Assembly (NCBI GenBank): GCA_965208325.1
Contig: OZ242326.1
Span: 3,232,001 to 3,296,000 of the forward strand
DNA: 64,000 nucleotides
Source of the DNA: Candidatus Poribacteria bacterium
GTDB taxonomy: Bacteria; Poribacteria; WGA-4E; PCPOR2b
Direction of reading: 5' to 3'
The position numbers and the translations under genes were made by a program. The stretch's first letter is position 1. Each line of letters starts with the position of its first letter. Below, piece after piece: positions 1 through 10,836 of the stretch. The notes under the pieces are model-generated. The model was not told the origin of the DNA. It saw nothing but the letters and a program-made list of their open reading frames with translations, and did no database searches.

Positions 1-1
1 G

Positions 2-571
2 GACGCGAGCGCTATCGCCTTGATCGCAGTTACCACAAACATAGCGGCAGCAGCCGGCGCGATTGCTAGCATGATTACCGCTTGGGTACGGCTTGGAAAA
101 CCCGATGCCGGTATGGCGCTCAACGGCGCCTTGGCGGGACTAGTTGCCATTACTGCCCCATGTGCGTTTGTCGAACCGTGGGCGGCAGTGGTAATCGGTG
201 CAATCGCAGGCGTTGTTGTCGTATTCTCAGTCCTGCTGTTGGAAAGCCTAAAGGTCGATGACCCCGTTGGAGCAATCTCCGTTCACGGTACTTGCGGTGC
301 GTTGGGAACGATATTACTTGGTGTGTTCCACAACGAACAAGGACTTCTGTACGCGGTAGACAAGGGGGCAGCCCTCAAATTCCTCGGCGTTCAAGCCCTC
401 GGAGTTATCGCTGTTCTTGTGTGGTGCGTGATTACAGGATATATCTTGTTTTCCACCATCAAAGTGGTCGTTGGTTTACGCGTTAGCCAAGAAGAAGAGA
501 TGGAAGGTCTGGATTTACGTGAACACGGTGCAAGTGCCTACCCGGACTTTTCGGTATCGTCCATGCGTTAG
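2..571 (+). CDS. amtB: Ammonium transporter, C-terminal part (5' end outside window)
   Basis: NGALAGLVAITA, DDPVGAISVHG and EEMEGLD motifs; followed by a P-II gene. Confidence 0.95.
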   Translation, partial: DASAIALIAVTTNIAAAAGAIASMITAWVRLGKPDAGMALNGALAGLVAITAPCAFVEPWAAVVIGAIAGVVVVFSVLLLESLKVDDPVGAISVHGTCGALGTILLGVFHNEQGLLYAVDKGAALKFLGVQALGVIAVLVWCVITGYILFSTIKVVVGLRVSQEEEMEGLDLREHGASAYPDFSVSSMR

Positions 572-648
572 CAAAAACATGAATCGTATTGAGGGAATAG
601 GATTATGGCTTGTCATCAATCCTTAAACCTAGTCCCCTCAATACTTGA

Positions 649-1023
<375 letters not shown>

Positions 1024-1108
1024 CCTGAGTTTGATATATTGTTAGATCGCGTTTGTCAAATACTGCACCTTAGCGTCATAACCAATTCAAGTTTCGACGC
1101 AGACAAGT

Positions 1109-1158
1109 AAAAACGTCCATTTGCGGGAGAGTTATATTCGCCGATGGACGTTTTTTTT
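1109..1158. terminator. Probable bidirectional intrinsic terminator
   Basis: AAAAACGTCCAT...ATGGACGTTTTTTTT inverted repeat between convergent genes. Confidence 0.75.
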
Positions 1159-1233
1159 GCAACTGAATGCGTGGACGCAATCACCCCGCGCCGCGCTTAA
1201 AATCGACGCCAAGATTGCGGTTGATTGGTGGTG

Positions 1234-4149
1234 TTAATTGACGAAGATGTCCTCTAGCGTGATTTCAACCACTTTTCCGATAGTTGTAAACTGCTCAATA
1301 TCCATCTTGTTCTGGTCACCCACAATAGAAATGAGTTTGTGTCGGTTTTGTAGGTGTTCTTTATGAAATGCGAGCATCAGGTCAATCTTGGATTCTTGAA
1401 TTTGTTCAAATCGCCATTTTCGCGGATCAATCGGCACCTCTAGTCGTTCCCATGAACGCACGGCACCGATAACGTCGCGGAAGCCGAGTTTCGCGGTGCG
1501 ATAGCGGTTCAGTATAGAATGGCGCGCCTCATCGAAACGTTCCGGCGATTGAGGAAGGTTGTCAATCAGATCGATGAAAGCGGCAACAGCTACGGGCGTT
1601 TTATCCGCTTGGCAGGCAATATATCCCCACATTGTATTTTGGTCGCCCTTACGGCGGCCGGTAGCGTATCGGGCATGTGTTGCATAAGCGAGCGCGCGGG
1701 CTTCGCGCAATTCCTGGAAGACAATCCCCGCCATCCCGCCGGCAAAGTAGGCGTTGTAAAGTTGGAGTGCTGGATTGTCAGCTTCGTTGTAGTCGTCCCC
1801 CCCAAACTCGATATCCACCTGCGACTGCGCCATCTCTTTTTGAAAGATGAAGATTTCGGTCTTTTCTGGGAGACGGGCTTTAAGAAAATGGTAGGGCGGG
1901 GGCGTTTGAAGCGCGCCCATTATGGAATGGCGCTTTTTTAGGGCGCCCATCACTTCTTCCAGCGATAACGAACCCACATAACTAATGGTGTGTTCGTAGT
2001 TCAGGAGATTTTTAATCTCATTGTGAAGTTCATCTACTGTCAGTCTCCGCACGGCTTCACCAGGGAGCATACGCAAATAGCGAGAGTCTTTGCCATAACG
2101 GTTGTAATGCAGAAGGGCGCGGCGTATGGCGCGGTAGTTTTTCTTGGCATCTTCTCGGTTAGTCAAAATAATTCTGATGAGTTCTTCCAACGTCGTTGCA
2201 TCAGCGGTTGGATGCTTTAGATGGTCGAGTAGCATTTTGAGAGATTCGCCGAAATTCTCGTCAAGACCTGAAATGGTAATTGTCGTTTCGTGGTCGCCAA
2301 CGTCAATGCTGAAGTCGGTTCCCAGTTTGTACCGTTCCTTTTTCAAATCTTCGGCGCTATACGCTGAAGCGCCAGATTTGTCGAGCAGTTGCGCGGCGAT
2401 GCTCAACTTGTTATTTTGTCGGCTGCCGAGGTCAACGGAAATCGTGAAGGAAAACAGGTCGTTGACTGGATTCTGAGCGTAATAGAGTTTGACACCGTCC
2501 TGATAGTTTGTGATTTGATAGTCCTTATCCGAAACAAAGACTGGTTCAATTTCTTTAACCGGCATAGATAAGATCTGTTTGGCAAAAGCGGACTGTCTAG
2601 TAGGGTCAATCTTAATGGTGTCGATTTGCGGTTTTTCGATGGATGGGACTTCATGCTGTTCGTCCACACGATAGCCCGCAACGTAGTCGCCGCCGAAATA
2701 TCGGTTGGCAACCGCGGCGAGTTGCTGTTTTGTTAGTTCTTCCATGCGTGCGATTTCACCGACGGCGTCATCCCAGTCCTGAAAAGCCAAAAAAGCATCT
2801 CGCATCATCGCGGCCCTTGAACGGTTCGACTCCAATTGCGCCTTCTGATGTTTCTTAAAGTCGGTCACAATTGCTGGCACCAACCACGCTTCGAACTCGC
2901 CCTTTTTGATTAATTCAATCTGCTCAAGCAGCAATTTTTCAACCGTTTCGAGAGACTGCCCCTCTTTCGGAATGCCCCACAGATATTGCGCACCATCGTC
3001 GTTATCCATGCTAGGATACGAACCCGCTTGCCGCACTCTCTGCGCCTGATTTAGGTTTAGGTTTATCAAGCCGGCGGTCGCATTATCCAAAATCATGTCA
3101 ATTAGTTTCAGGGCTTCCGCGTCCGCATGGTTGCGGCTCGCTGTCCGGAACGCTATCAGGACATATTCCTCTCCCTCGTACTTAACGGTTACGCGCTCTG
3201 CGCCCTTAAGCGGCAGTTCTTTCCACTCGTTCGCTTCAGGCAGCTTTTTTGGCTGCCATCGTGAAAAATGTTCGTCGATCATTCGGATAGTTTCCTCGGC
3301 ATTGATGTCTCCGGAGATGTGAATTGCCATGTTATTGGGCACATAATAGGTATGGTAGAATTCGTACATCTTCTTTAGAGATGGATTCTTCAGGTGTTCG
3401 GCGGAACCGAGGGTTGTTTGTTGCCCGTAAGGGTGATTTTTATAGAGCAACCGCTTGACGGCTTCGCTAATGATACGGCGTTTGTTGTCCATTGACCGGT
3501 TCTTTTCCTCATAGACCGTTTCCAACTCGGTCTGAAAGAGGCGAAAGACCGGCTCAATAAAGCGATCGGATTCAATCATCATCCACTGATGAAGCCGGTT
3601 CGCAGGCAGGTCTACCGAATACACGGTTTCCTCCACCCATGTATGTGCATTGACGCGCCGTCCGCCCATCGCTTTGTATAGCTTGTCAAGTTCGTTGGGG
3701 ATGCCGTATTGCGCCGCGAGTTGAGATGCTTGATTTATTTCAGCGTACATTTCCATGCGCTTGTCCGAATCGGTTTCATGGTAGTGTGCTTCGTAGAGAT
3801 CGGTAATTCTGTCTAGATGCAGTTTCTCTTTTTCGTAGTCGAGCGTGCCAAAATTACGGGAGCCTTTAAAGAGCATGTGCTCCAGATAGTGGGCGATACC
3901 GGTCGCTTCAGCCGGATCATGCTTGCTCCCCGCACGCACTGAAATCTCTGCGTAGAAACGCGGCTCCTCACTGTTTTCAGTAAGATAAACTGTTAAACCG
4001 TTATCCAATTGGTAAATTTGGACAGCCATCAAATCAGCGGGGTTGGGTTCATTGATGCGCCTATATCCCGCCCAGCTCGTGGATACGGTCAAGCTCAAAA
4101 TTAAAACTGAAAAAAATATTTTGCACAAGACCTGTTTTTTGTTATGCAT
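1234..4149 (-). CDS. M16 family (insulinase-like) zinc peptidase, secreted
   Basis: Signal peptide; inverted zincin GIAHYLEHMLFKG; HPYG; ELREARALAY in C-terminal half. Confidence 0.92.
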   Translation of the reverse strand: MHNKKQVLCKIFFSVLILSLTVSTSWAGYRRINEPNPADLMAVQIYQLDNGLTVYLTENSEEPRFYAEISVRAGSKHDPAEATGIAHYLEHMLFKGSRNFGTLDYEKEKLHLDRITDLYEAHYHETDSDKRMEMYAEINQASQLAAQYGIPNELDKLYKAMGGRRVNAHTWVEETVYSVDLPANRLHQWMMIESDRFIEPVFRLFQTELETVYEEKNRSMDNKRRIISEAVKRLLYKNHPYGQQTTLGSAEHLKNPSLKKMYEFYHTYYVPNNMAIHISGDINAEETIRMIDEHFSRWQPKKLPEANEWKELPLKGAERVTVKYEGEEYVLIAFRTASRNHADAEALKLIDMILDNATAGLINLNLNQAQRVRQAGSYPSMDNDDGAQYLWGIPKEGQSLETVEKLLLEQIELIKKGEFEAWLVPAIVTDFKKHQKAQLESNRSRAAMMRDAFLAFQDWDDAVGEIARMEELTKQQLAAVANRYFGGDYVAGYRVDEQHEVPSIEKPQIDTIKIDPTRQSAFAKQILSMPVKEIEPVFVSDKDYQITNYQDGVKLYYAQNPVNDLFSFTISVDLGSRQNNKLSIAAQLLDKSGASAYSAEDLKKERYKLGTDFSIDVGDHETTITISGLDENFGESLKMLLDHLKHPTADATTLEELIRIILTNREDAKKNYRAIRRALLHYNRYGKDSRYLRMLPGEAVRRLTVDELHNEIKNLLNYEHTISYVGSLSLEEVMGALKKRHSIMGALQTPPPYHFLKARLPEKTEIFIFQKEMAQSQVDIEFGGDDYNEADNPALQLYNAYFAGGMAGIVFQELREARALAYATHARYATGRRKGDQNTMWGYIACQADKTPVAVAAFIDLIDNLPQSPERFDEARHSILNRYRTAKLGFRDVIGAVRSWERLEVPIDPRKWRFEQIQESKIDLMLAFHKEHLQNRHKLISIVGDQNKMDIEQFTTIGKVVEITLEDIFVN

Positions 4150-4213
4150 GTTTTGGGTTCCTTTCGTCAGGTTTTATGAAAATCTCGACATTGCTATTTT
4201 ATCTCCAACTGTC

Positions 4214-5302
4214 TTAATAAACCCCCACGACAACCGACTCCTGAAGGTCGGAAAGCAAGCGGAGGTTTCGCACGCCGCCCCACGGATATTGATCGATGGG
4301 TTCAGCCCGTTCGGCTTCGTCTCTTTCCAAAAAGCGCGGCATAAAAAACTCTCGAGTCAACGTCGTCAACATGACCCGTCCGGTTTTCCCGTAATCGACG
4401 GGTTCTTCGGGGTTGTCGCGGTTGACCAATTCAATCACAGCGCGCGGTTGTGGAGGATAGTAGATAATCGCATAGTTGTCAGCAGGGTCAAACGGTTTGC
4501 AGCACGCCAATCCCATGAGTGTGTTTCCGTAAGTCGGGACGAAATCGATCCCTGGTACCAACTCTTCACGGGCAAAACGGTGAAACTGCGCATCCATTTC
4601 CGTACCTCCGCAAAATATACCCTTGATGCCAATCTTTTGCAAAGAAATCTTCTCGCATAGCGCTTCAAGGAGTTTGGGAGTCGTAAATAGGCACTGGATA
4701 TTTTCATGAGCCCTCAAAATATTCAACGCCTGATTGATGACATGGTCTTTGTAGGCGTCCAATTCTTGGTACTTCCCGTACTTAATCAACCTGTTCACCC
4801 ATCGCGGGTCCAGATCCACCATAAAACAGATGCCGCCACGGAGTTGAGCCAAATACTCAACAGCAAGGCGCAGCCGTCTCGGTCCGGAAGGCCCCAGCAT
4901 CAACCAATCGCTCCCTCTTGGAAAGCTCTCATCGGATAGGGTTTCACTAAAGATTTCGTAATCAATCTGAAAATCACGGATGTTGATGCGCGATTTGGGG
5001 ACGCCGGTGGAACCGCCCGTCTCAAAAACGTACACCGGTTCCTTCGCATACGCTTTTGGAACCCATTGCCGAACTGGCCCGCCGCGCAGCCATTCGTCTT
5101 GAAAATGCCCGAGAATTTTTAAGTCGTCAAAATCGCCAATTTCTTTGCGCGGGTCAAAACCGAGTTTACTCGCAAAATCTAGCCAGAATGGAGCGCCGGT
5201 CTCCGGACTGAAATGCCATTGCACAATTTCTCGAACGTGGTCGTCCAGTTGCCGGCGTGCCGTTGCGATTTTTTTAGACAGAGAAGCCTTTGAGTTTTCC
5301 AT
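4214..5302 (-). CDS. EhpF/phenylacetate-CoA-ligase-like adenylate-forming enzyme
   Basis: ETGGSTGVPK phosphate loop, TYGNT, GRVMLTTL and ERD motifs; short (362 aa), apparently without the C-terminal ANL subdomain. Confidence 0.7.
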   Translation of the reverse strand: MENSKASLSKKIATARRQLDDHVREIVQWHFSPETGAPFWLDFASKLGFDPRKEIGDFDDLKILGHFQDEWLRGGPVRQWVPKAYAKEPVYVFETGGSTGVPKSRINIRDFQIDYEIFSETLSDESFPRGSDWLMLGPSGPRRLRLAVEYLAQLRGGICFMVDLDPRWVNRLIKYGKYQELDAYKDHVINQALNILRAHENIQCLFTTPKLLEALCEKISLQKIGIKGIFCGGTEMDAQFHRFAREELVPGIDFVPTYGNTLMGLACCKPFDPADNYAIIYYPPQPRAVIELVNRDNPEEPVDYGKTGRVMLTTLTREFFMPRFLERDEAERAEPIDQYPWGGVRNLRLLSDLQESVVVGVY

Positions 5303-5590
5303 GCCTATCCTTTCTCATATCAATCAACACAAGGAGAGATTATCTAGATTAGGCAATAAAAATACCTTGCTACAAAAGGCGTAAAAATCAACTCATCCTT
5401 GGTTATCTCGACGCTTGGAAGTTTCTATTGACACCTCATCGTTTCGTGTGCTAAACTTGAAAATTGCCTGCGGACGGTCCGTTCCTTATCGAAGCGTGTC
5501 GGTTGATGCGCCATTCCTTTCGCTATTATCACGTTTGGGATCCAGCCAGTGCTCATGCCGCCTCGTTGCGGCAGGCTAGAAGGTACTAGA

Positions 5591-6241
5591 ATGCAAAAAG
5601 AGTTAAAACTATCTGAAGATGAACTTCCACTCTTTCCGCTGCACGTTGTGTTGTTTCCCGGTGCTATACTTCCCCTTCACATTTTTGAGCAGAGGTATCG
5701 ATTGATGATTCAATTCTGCTTGGATAACGAACGTCAGTTCGGGGTTGTTCTCATCAAGGAAGGCCACGAGGTTGGAGACCCTGCCGAACCCTTTCTCGTT
5801 GGCACATCTGTGGAAATTGTCGAAGTGGATCGGCTGCAAGACGGTCGAATGAACCTAATAACCCTTGGAAAGTACCGTTTCGAAGTCTTGGATATTACAC
5901 AATATGAGCCGTATTTGGTCGGCAAAGTCAGCGTACCGGATATCGCGGATGTTGAGGCGGACGAAAAACAGCAATCGCTTGCGGCGAAAGCCGGCAATTT
6001 GTACCAAGACTATGAATCCCTGTTGGAGAAACTGATACCGGGCTGGGAGAAACCGCAAGACATTCCGTCGTCACCGCCCCCTTTGTCATACCAGATTGGT
6101 GCAAGACTTCAAATCCCTTTGGAAGAAACACAGCAGTTGCTGGAAACGCTGCCAATTGATGAGCTTTTGACTCGCGAAATCGAGATTCTTGAACGAGAGA
6201 ACCGACAATTAAAAATCAGAATAATTGCTCAAAGCAACTAA
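5591..6241 (+). CDS. LON peptidase substrate-binding domain protein
   Basis: LPLFPLHVVLFPGAILPLHIFEQRY motif; no AAA+ or protease domain; ATG start at 5591 preferred. Confidence 0.9.
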   Translation: MQKELKLSEDELPLFPLHVVLFPGAILPLHIFEQRYRLMIQFCLDNERQFGVVLIKEGHEVGDPAEPFLVGTSVEIVEVDRLQDGRMNLITLGKYRFEVLDITQYEPYLVGKVSVPDIADVEADEKQQSLAAKAGNLYQDYESLLEKLIPGWEKPQDIPSSPPPLSYQIGARLQIPLEETQQLLETLPIDELLTREIEILERENRQLKIRIIAQSN

Positions 6242-6337
6242 AGCCGTATCTCCATCCGAATTATTGCTTGCCCCGGTGTTGAATTCTAGGAGTTCGCTGA
6301 CCGGGACGTATGCCAATTCAGAGTAGAAGATAAACCC

Positions 6338-6982
6338 ATGCACCGCCTCTTAAGTTCAAACGAAACCATCGACACAACTACAGTTCAAATCAACGTGCGG
6401 CACTTTTTTTATGTCAGCAACGTGTTGTCCGTAGCGAGAATTGGGCTTATCCCGTTCATCGTTTACAGCATCATCCGGCACCAATATTTGATGACGCTGG
6501 TCATAGGGGGTCTGGCTATCATCTCTGACCTGCTTGACGGCTACCTTGCCCGGCGGTTGAACCAACAGTCGGACCTCGGAAAAATTTTGGACCCGATCGC
6601 CGACAAATTGGTAATCGGTGTGGTGATTCTCGCGCTGGTTCTATCGGATCGAAAATTTCCGCTGTGGGCGTTTGCGATTGTCATCGTCCGCGACTGTCTA
6701 ATCGTTGTTGGAAACATGATTGTGTTCCGCCGCAGGAGAATCATAACGAGATCCAATCGATGGGGCAAATGCACGAGTTTCGTTCTTTCAACAGCTCTGA
6801 TGCTTTACGTTTTTAATGAATATATTCCCAATCCAATTCCGTTCTATGTGCTAACCATCGGATTGGTGTTAGCGTTGATTTCAGCCTGGAGCTATGGCAA
6901 ACGCTGGTTGTATCTTATGCAGTTAAGTAATTCGCCCCAGCCAGTAGAAACTATTAACCCCAACAAGTCCCCCTCCGCTTAG
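6338..6982 (+). CDS. CDP-alcohol phosphatidyltransferase (PgsA-like)
   Basis: DLLDGYLARRLNQQSDLGKILDPIADK signature; multiple TM helices. Confidence 0.92.
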   Translation: MHRLLSSNETIDTTTVQINVRHFFYVSNVLSVARIGLIPFIVYSIIRHQYLMTLVIGGLAIISDLLDGYLARRLNQQSDLGKILDPIADKLVIGVVILALVLSDRKFPLWAFAIVIVRDCLIVVGNMIVFRRRRIITRSNRWGKCTSFVLSTALMLYVFNEYIPNPIPFYVLTIGLVLALISAWSYGKRWLYLMQLSNSPQPVETINPNKSPSA

Positions 6983-7004
6983 CGCGAAAAGGAAGAATCG
7001 TCGA

Positions 7005-7487
7005 ATGCCAACTACAGTCACTGTAGCTGAGATTGCGGATCTGATTGGTGTCGAAGACACCATTATCAGGAGAACTATCGAACGACGTGACGACGATCTT
7101 CAACCCTATTTGCATGAAGACCCTGAATACAACGCCCAAAACCAATCCGATACAGATTCGCCGGTTTCCGAGGTGCCAACACCTCTGCTGGATTTAGAAG
7201 GGCTGCCGCTTCTAATTACCAAACTTTCCTTTAATATTCCCACATTGGACATTATCGAAAACCTTGCCTGCCAAGTGTTGCACCTCACAGTCCTGCGAGA
7301 GGAAAAGACAGACCTCACGAGTAAAAACCGAGAACTGCAAGGTCAAAATGCCGAACTTCAAACGCGTATCAACGATTTACAGCATCAGGTCTCGGAACTG
7401 CAAGGGGAATTAACCCGGCAAGCGGAGATGCAATCTCGTAGTTGGATTCAGAAACTTTTCAATCGCCCCAATTCTGAGGGTTCTTGA
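7005..7487 (+). CDS. Hypothetical protein, N-terminal HTH-like segment plus C-terminal coiled coil
   Basis: TVAEIADLIGV HTH-like start; heptad-rich C-terminus ending SWIQKLF. Confidence 0.6.
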   Translation: MPTTVTVAEIADLIGVEDTIIRRTIERRDDDLQPYLHEDPEYNAQNQSDTDSPVSEVPTPLLDLEGLPLLITKLSFNIPTLDIIENLACQVLHLTVLREEKTDLTSKNRELQGQNAELQTRINDLQHQVSELQGELTRQAEMQSRSWIQKLFNRPNSEGS

Positions 7488-7588
7488 AGTTTTCACCTGT
7501 CGTTGAAGCGGCTTTTCCCCGTACCCGTATCGTCCAATTATAGCATAGTTCACTCAGCTTATCCATACTATTGGAATCCTCGCCGTAG

Positions 7589-8296
7589 ATGAAGAATCGC
7601 AATCAAATCGCCGCCCTTGCAGCGGTAATTATCGGTTTGGTATTTCTCTATCAGCCGCGTTATATTCTGCTCAAGGGGATTGCGTTGCTGCTTTTAACCC
7701 TCGCTGCAATCTTGTCAGCGACCTCCTTTTCCAAAAAACGAATTGTCGAAGGCATCGCTGCAATTAGCCTTGGCGCCGGATTCATTTTTCTTTATCTGCC
7801 GGTATCAAAGGACACGCCCATCCTCTCAACCCTACACGGGTCAGCGTTTCATCTCCTGTTCGCCAGCGCTATCGCGTTCGGTATGACAACTCGCCTGAAA
7901 AAATTAGCGGCAATCGCCGCCGCGATAATCGCCATTATTGGACTGGTGTTCCTATATCAACCTTACGTATTTCTGTTCACGCTGGACATGCCGGAGGAAT
8001 TCTATTCGCTCAGACAGTTGCAAGATGCGATTCGTAACGAAGGTCACCAACTAAAAGGCCGTCTTTTCCAATTTTCCCTCCTTCTCAAGGATTCCGCTCT
8101 TCATTTGATGCTGGCAGGTATGATTGTAGTTGCGGTTGTTTCGCCGCGGAAGGTGTTAATCGAGCGCATGTCACTTGGCGGGATTACACTCGGGTTGGTC
8201 TTTCTCTGTCAACCGTTTTGGATCTTGCTCTATCAAACCGGCTTCCAGATTCTATTGGGCGGGTTAACGGCATTCATCGTCGTCGCGCACCGGTAG
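7589..8296 (+). CDS. Multi-pass membrane protein with internal repeats
   Basis: Hydrophobic; GLVFLYQP-like motif repeated (IGLVFLYQP twice, LGLVFLCQP once). Confidence 0.7.
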   Translation: MKNRNQIAALAAVIIGLVFLYQPRYILLKGIALLLLTLAAILSATSFSKKRIVEGIAAISLGAGFIFLYLPVSKDTPILSTLHGSAFHLLFASAIAFGMTTRLKKLAAIAAAIIAIIGLVFLYQPYVFLFTLDMPEEFYSLRQLQDAIRNEGHQLKGRLFQFSLLLKDSALHLMLAGMIVVAVVSPRKVLIERMSLGGITLGLVFLCQPFWILLYQTGFQILLGGLTAFIVVAHR

Positions 8297-8626
8297 GATT
8301 AGCGAACAAGTGGACAATATCACGCATACCCAGAGCATTCCACAGTTCAATGAGGGATGCCCTCTCAACGTGGGGAGTGTGACGAATGCGACCTACGACC
8401 TCCCCGCAGTCGCCCTTGCCAAAAAGCGCTTGTTGACAAAGGGCCGACTTCACTTACAATTTCCAATGCCGCGGTAAATCCAATCGCCAAACACACAGCT
8501 CGCGACACCATCGCATTGAGACATTAAAAACTCACGGTAGGGCATCGAACAGTCCAATCGAACCATCATTACGGATACGCTGTCTTATCAAATTTTATTC
8601 TAACTCAATCTGTGGAGGAATTTGCG

Positions 8627-8833
8627 ATGAGAGTTAAGCGGTCTACTGGTATAAAAAGAATTACAATCTTCTGCACAATTATTTTCCCTATCCTTTTTTT
8701 GATATTGAATGCGTCATTGGCACGAGATCCTGGTGCTAGCGTGGGGTTCACAATCCCGTTGGCGATTCTGCCATTATTCGTGTACAAGGTGGGATATTGG
8801 ATAGCGGACGGATTTCGACGGGACAAAGAGTAA
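8627..8833 (+). CDS. Small 2-TM membrane protein
   Basis: GGAGG RBS, two hydrophobic helices, WIADGF tail. Confidence 0.6.
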   Translation: MRVKRSTGIKRITIFCTIIFPILFLILNASLARDPGASVGFTIPLAILPLFVYKVGYWIADGFRRDKE

Positions 8834-9113
8834 AAGCCATCATTAGCCGTCACATGATATGGAGCAGGCATGCTGTTTCGCTATTCACTCAGTTGATCGC
8901 TCTACCCAACCTACAGGATCTTTTTTGCCTCTCTTCCTTGGCGGGATGGCGTTAAAGAATTTGTCGTGGTGTTTACCGAACCGTTTCCTCACGATTTCGG
9001 GAAACTTGAAAAAGGTGAACACTCCGAGCGACTAGAAGCAGGCAACTTCGATATCGCCGCCGCTGAAGTTCTCTTTAACGATTAAATCGATTTGCTCCTT
9101 GACGGTTAAGCCG

Positions 9114-9731
9114 TCAAGCGCCGTTTTTATATCCATGATATTCGCCTTCAGTTCGGTCAGAATCCGCATTGAGCGACGTATTTTCCTCGGCTGCCGGCAG
9201 CGGAATACTGGGGCTGTTTTCGGGGTAAAGTTGCCTCCACTCATCGCGGAGCTGCTCTAGAGGTTCGCGGTCGCCGGTGGACGTTGAATCTTTGTTGTTT
9301 TCGGTCGGGCCGGCGATTGGTTGCAAGGCTTTGTACATGTCCGATAGTGTCCTCAAGAATGCGATTATGTCTTTGGGGGCACTCAATTCCATCGGCAAAA
9401 TTTTGGTTGATTTTACAATTTCCGATTGCTTCAAATACACGTCAAACATTAGCTCGGCGGCATGTCCGGAGGCGGCTTCAATGAGTTGGTCTCGGTGTGC
9501 CCTAAAGTGCCCTTTTGTGCCCTCAAACCGGAGTTTCCATTTTTTTGAAAACTTTACATGGTACGGGTTGCACGTCCGGATTGCGTCTTTTATTTGATAC
9601 CTCGGCGCAACATTCCAGTGCGGGTGGGTTGAAAGTAGATAATCAATGACGCGGGTCGTGGAGAAGCCGATTGCGTATAAATCGACAACGTCCGTGCGTT
9701 CTTCGTCCGTCAGTTTAATTTTTGCAGCCAT
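9114..9731 (-). CDS. DUF2280-like phage-related protein (possible terminase small subunit-like)
   Basis: KLTDEERTDVVDLYA...SKKWKLRFEGTKGHF resembles the DUF2280 pattern as recalled; AAGGAG RBS. Confidence 0.5.
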   Translation of the reverse strand: MAAKIKLTDEERTDVVDLYAIGFSTTRVIDYLLSTHPHWNVAPRYQIKDAIRTCNPYHVKFSKKWKLRFEGTKGHFRAHRDQLIEAASGHAAELMFDVYLKQSEIVKSTKILPMELSAPKDIIAFLRTLSDMYKALQPIAGPTENNKDSTSTGDREPLEQLRDEWRQLYPENSPSIPLPAAEENTSLNADSDRTEGEYHGYKNGA

Positions 9732-10015
9732 TTTACGCTCCTTAAGATTCAGTGGTAGGATTGAGAATCGAGGCTAGGAAGCCTTTCCCACAATCCAGTG
9801 AATAAAATTTTGGTTGCAACGACCACCGATCAAAAAAAAAGCGAGGGTGGACGCCGTACAGCGCCCTCGCCTCGCCGTAAAAATATTTTTGTATTTCAGT
9901 TGAAACAGTATTGAGCAGCTAATTCTGACTCGTTACCGCTTCTCGCACACCCGCCGTAGAGTGTTGAGGTTGATGACAGTTAGTTCAAATCCTCCATGTA
10001 TCGGGAATTTCCAAG

Positions 10016-10045
10016 ATTATACGGAACGGTTATTCGGGTTGTCAA
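10016..10045 (-). promoter_or_regulatory. Sigma-70 promoter
   Basis: Minus strand TTGACA-N18-TATAAT, both hexamers perfect. Confidence 0.65.
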
Positions 10046-10378
10046 GAAAAAATGCAGCGGCATGTAAAAAAAGTTTATTATTGGTGAGTGGAGGGTGGTA
10101 ATGGCATTTGCGGTGCGGTGTTTGGGGCGTGATTTAGGGGAGTAGATAATGATTCGGTGTTGAGAGGTTTTTGTGAATTGGGTTGCGGCAACAGTGAAAC
10201 GCGACGTTATTTGGTGGTCGGAAGGTTTTAATGCTGAAGACTATCGTCTTCGCTATTCGCTCAGTTGATCGTTGGGTTTCGCTACATCAATTTTGCCAAT
10301 GGTGTCGTATGGTTATTAAGAGTGTGAATTTGCCATTGATGCGGATATGGGATTATCCGCTCTACCCAACCTACAAGA

Positions 10379-10675
10379 ACTATCGCCAGGTCCGGTATAT
10401 TGTTGGCTACAGATATAAACGTGGTCTTGTACGGCAAAAGGTGGACGGGTTTTGACTTGGAATTTTTCCCTTACGACACCATATCGTCAATCGAAATCCG
10501 CAAGGGCTTTGGATCGATATATCGCGTGTCTTTTCGTGTATATTTTGACATAATATATATGAGCAACATTCGTGCCGACAGTTGGTCTGACCATGGGGAT
10601 GTAACGCATTTTGTTGAAATCGTAAAGCGCATGATTATGGGGGATAGCCCCGTAAAGAGCCCAATCGGATTCTGA
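10379..10675 (+). pseudogene. 5'-truncated bacterial PH-domain protein
   Basis: RSGILLATD...KRWTGFDLEFFPYDTISSIE matches the bPH_3-type pattern; frame begins directly after a REP element with no RBS. Confidence 0.55.
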
Positions 10676-10836
10676 ACAGGATTAGTTTGAACGATGTAGA
10701 ACACTCGCACAGCTGAAATCGGAAAGAAAAAATACTGGCGGAGAGTACGAATTATTTGAAAAGAAACTATTGACTATGTAAGGCATGAAGGCATTAAAAG
10801 AAACTTTTGTCTTTAAACCAAATTGGAGGATTTCAA

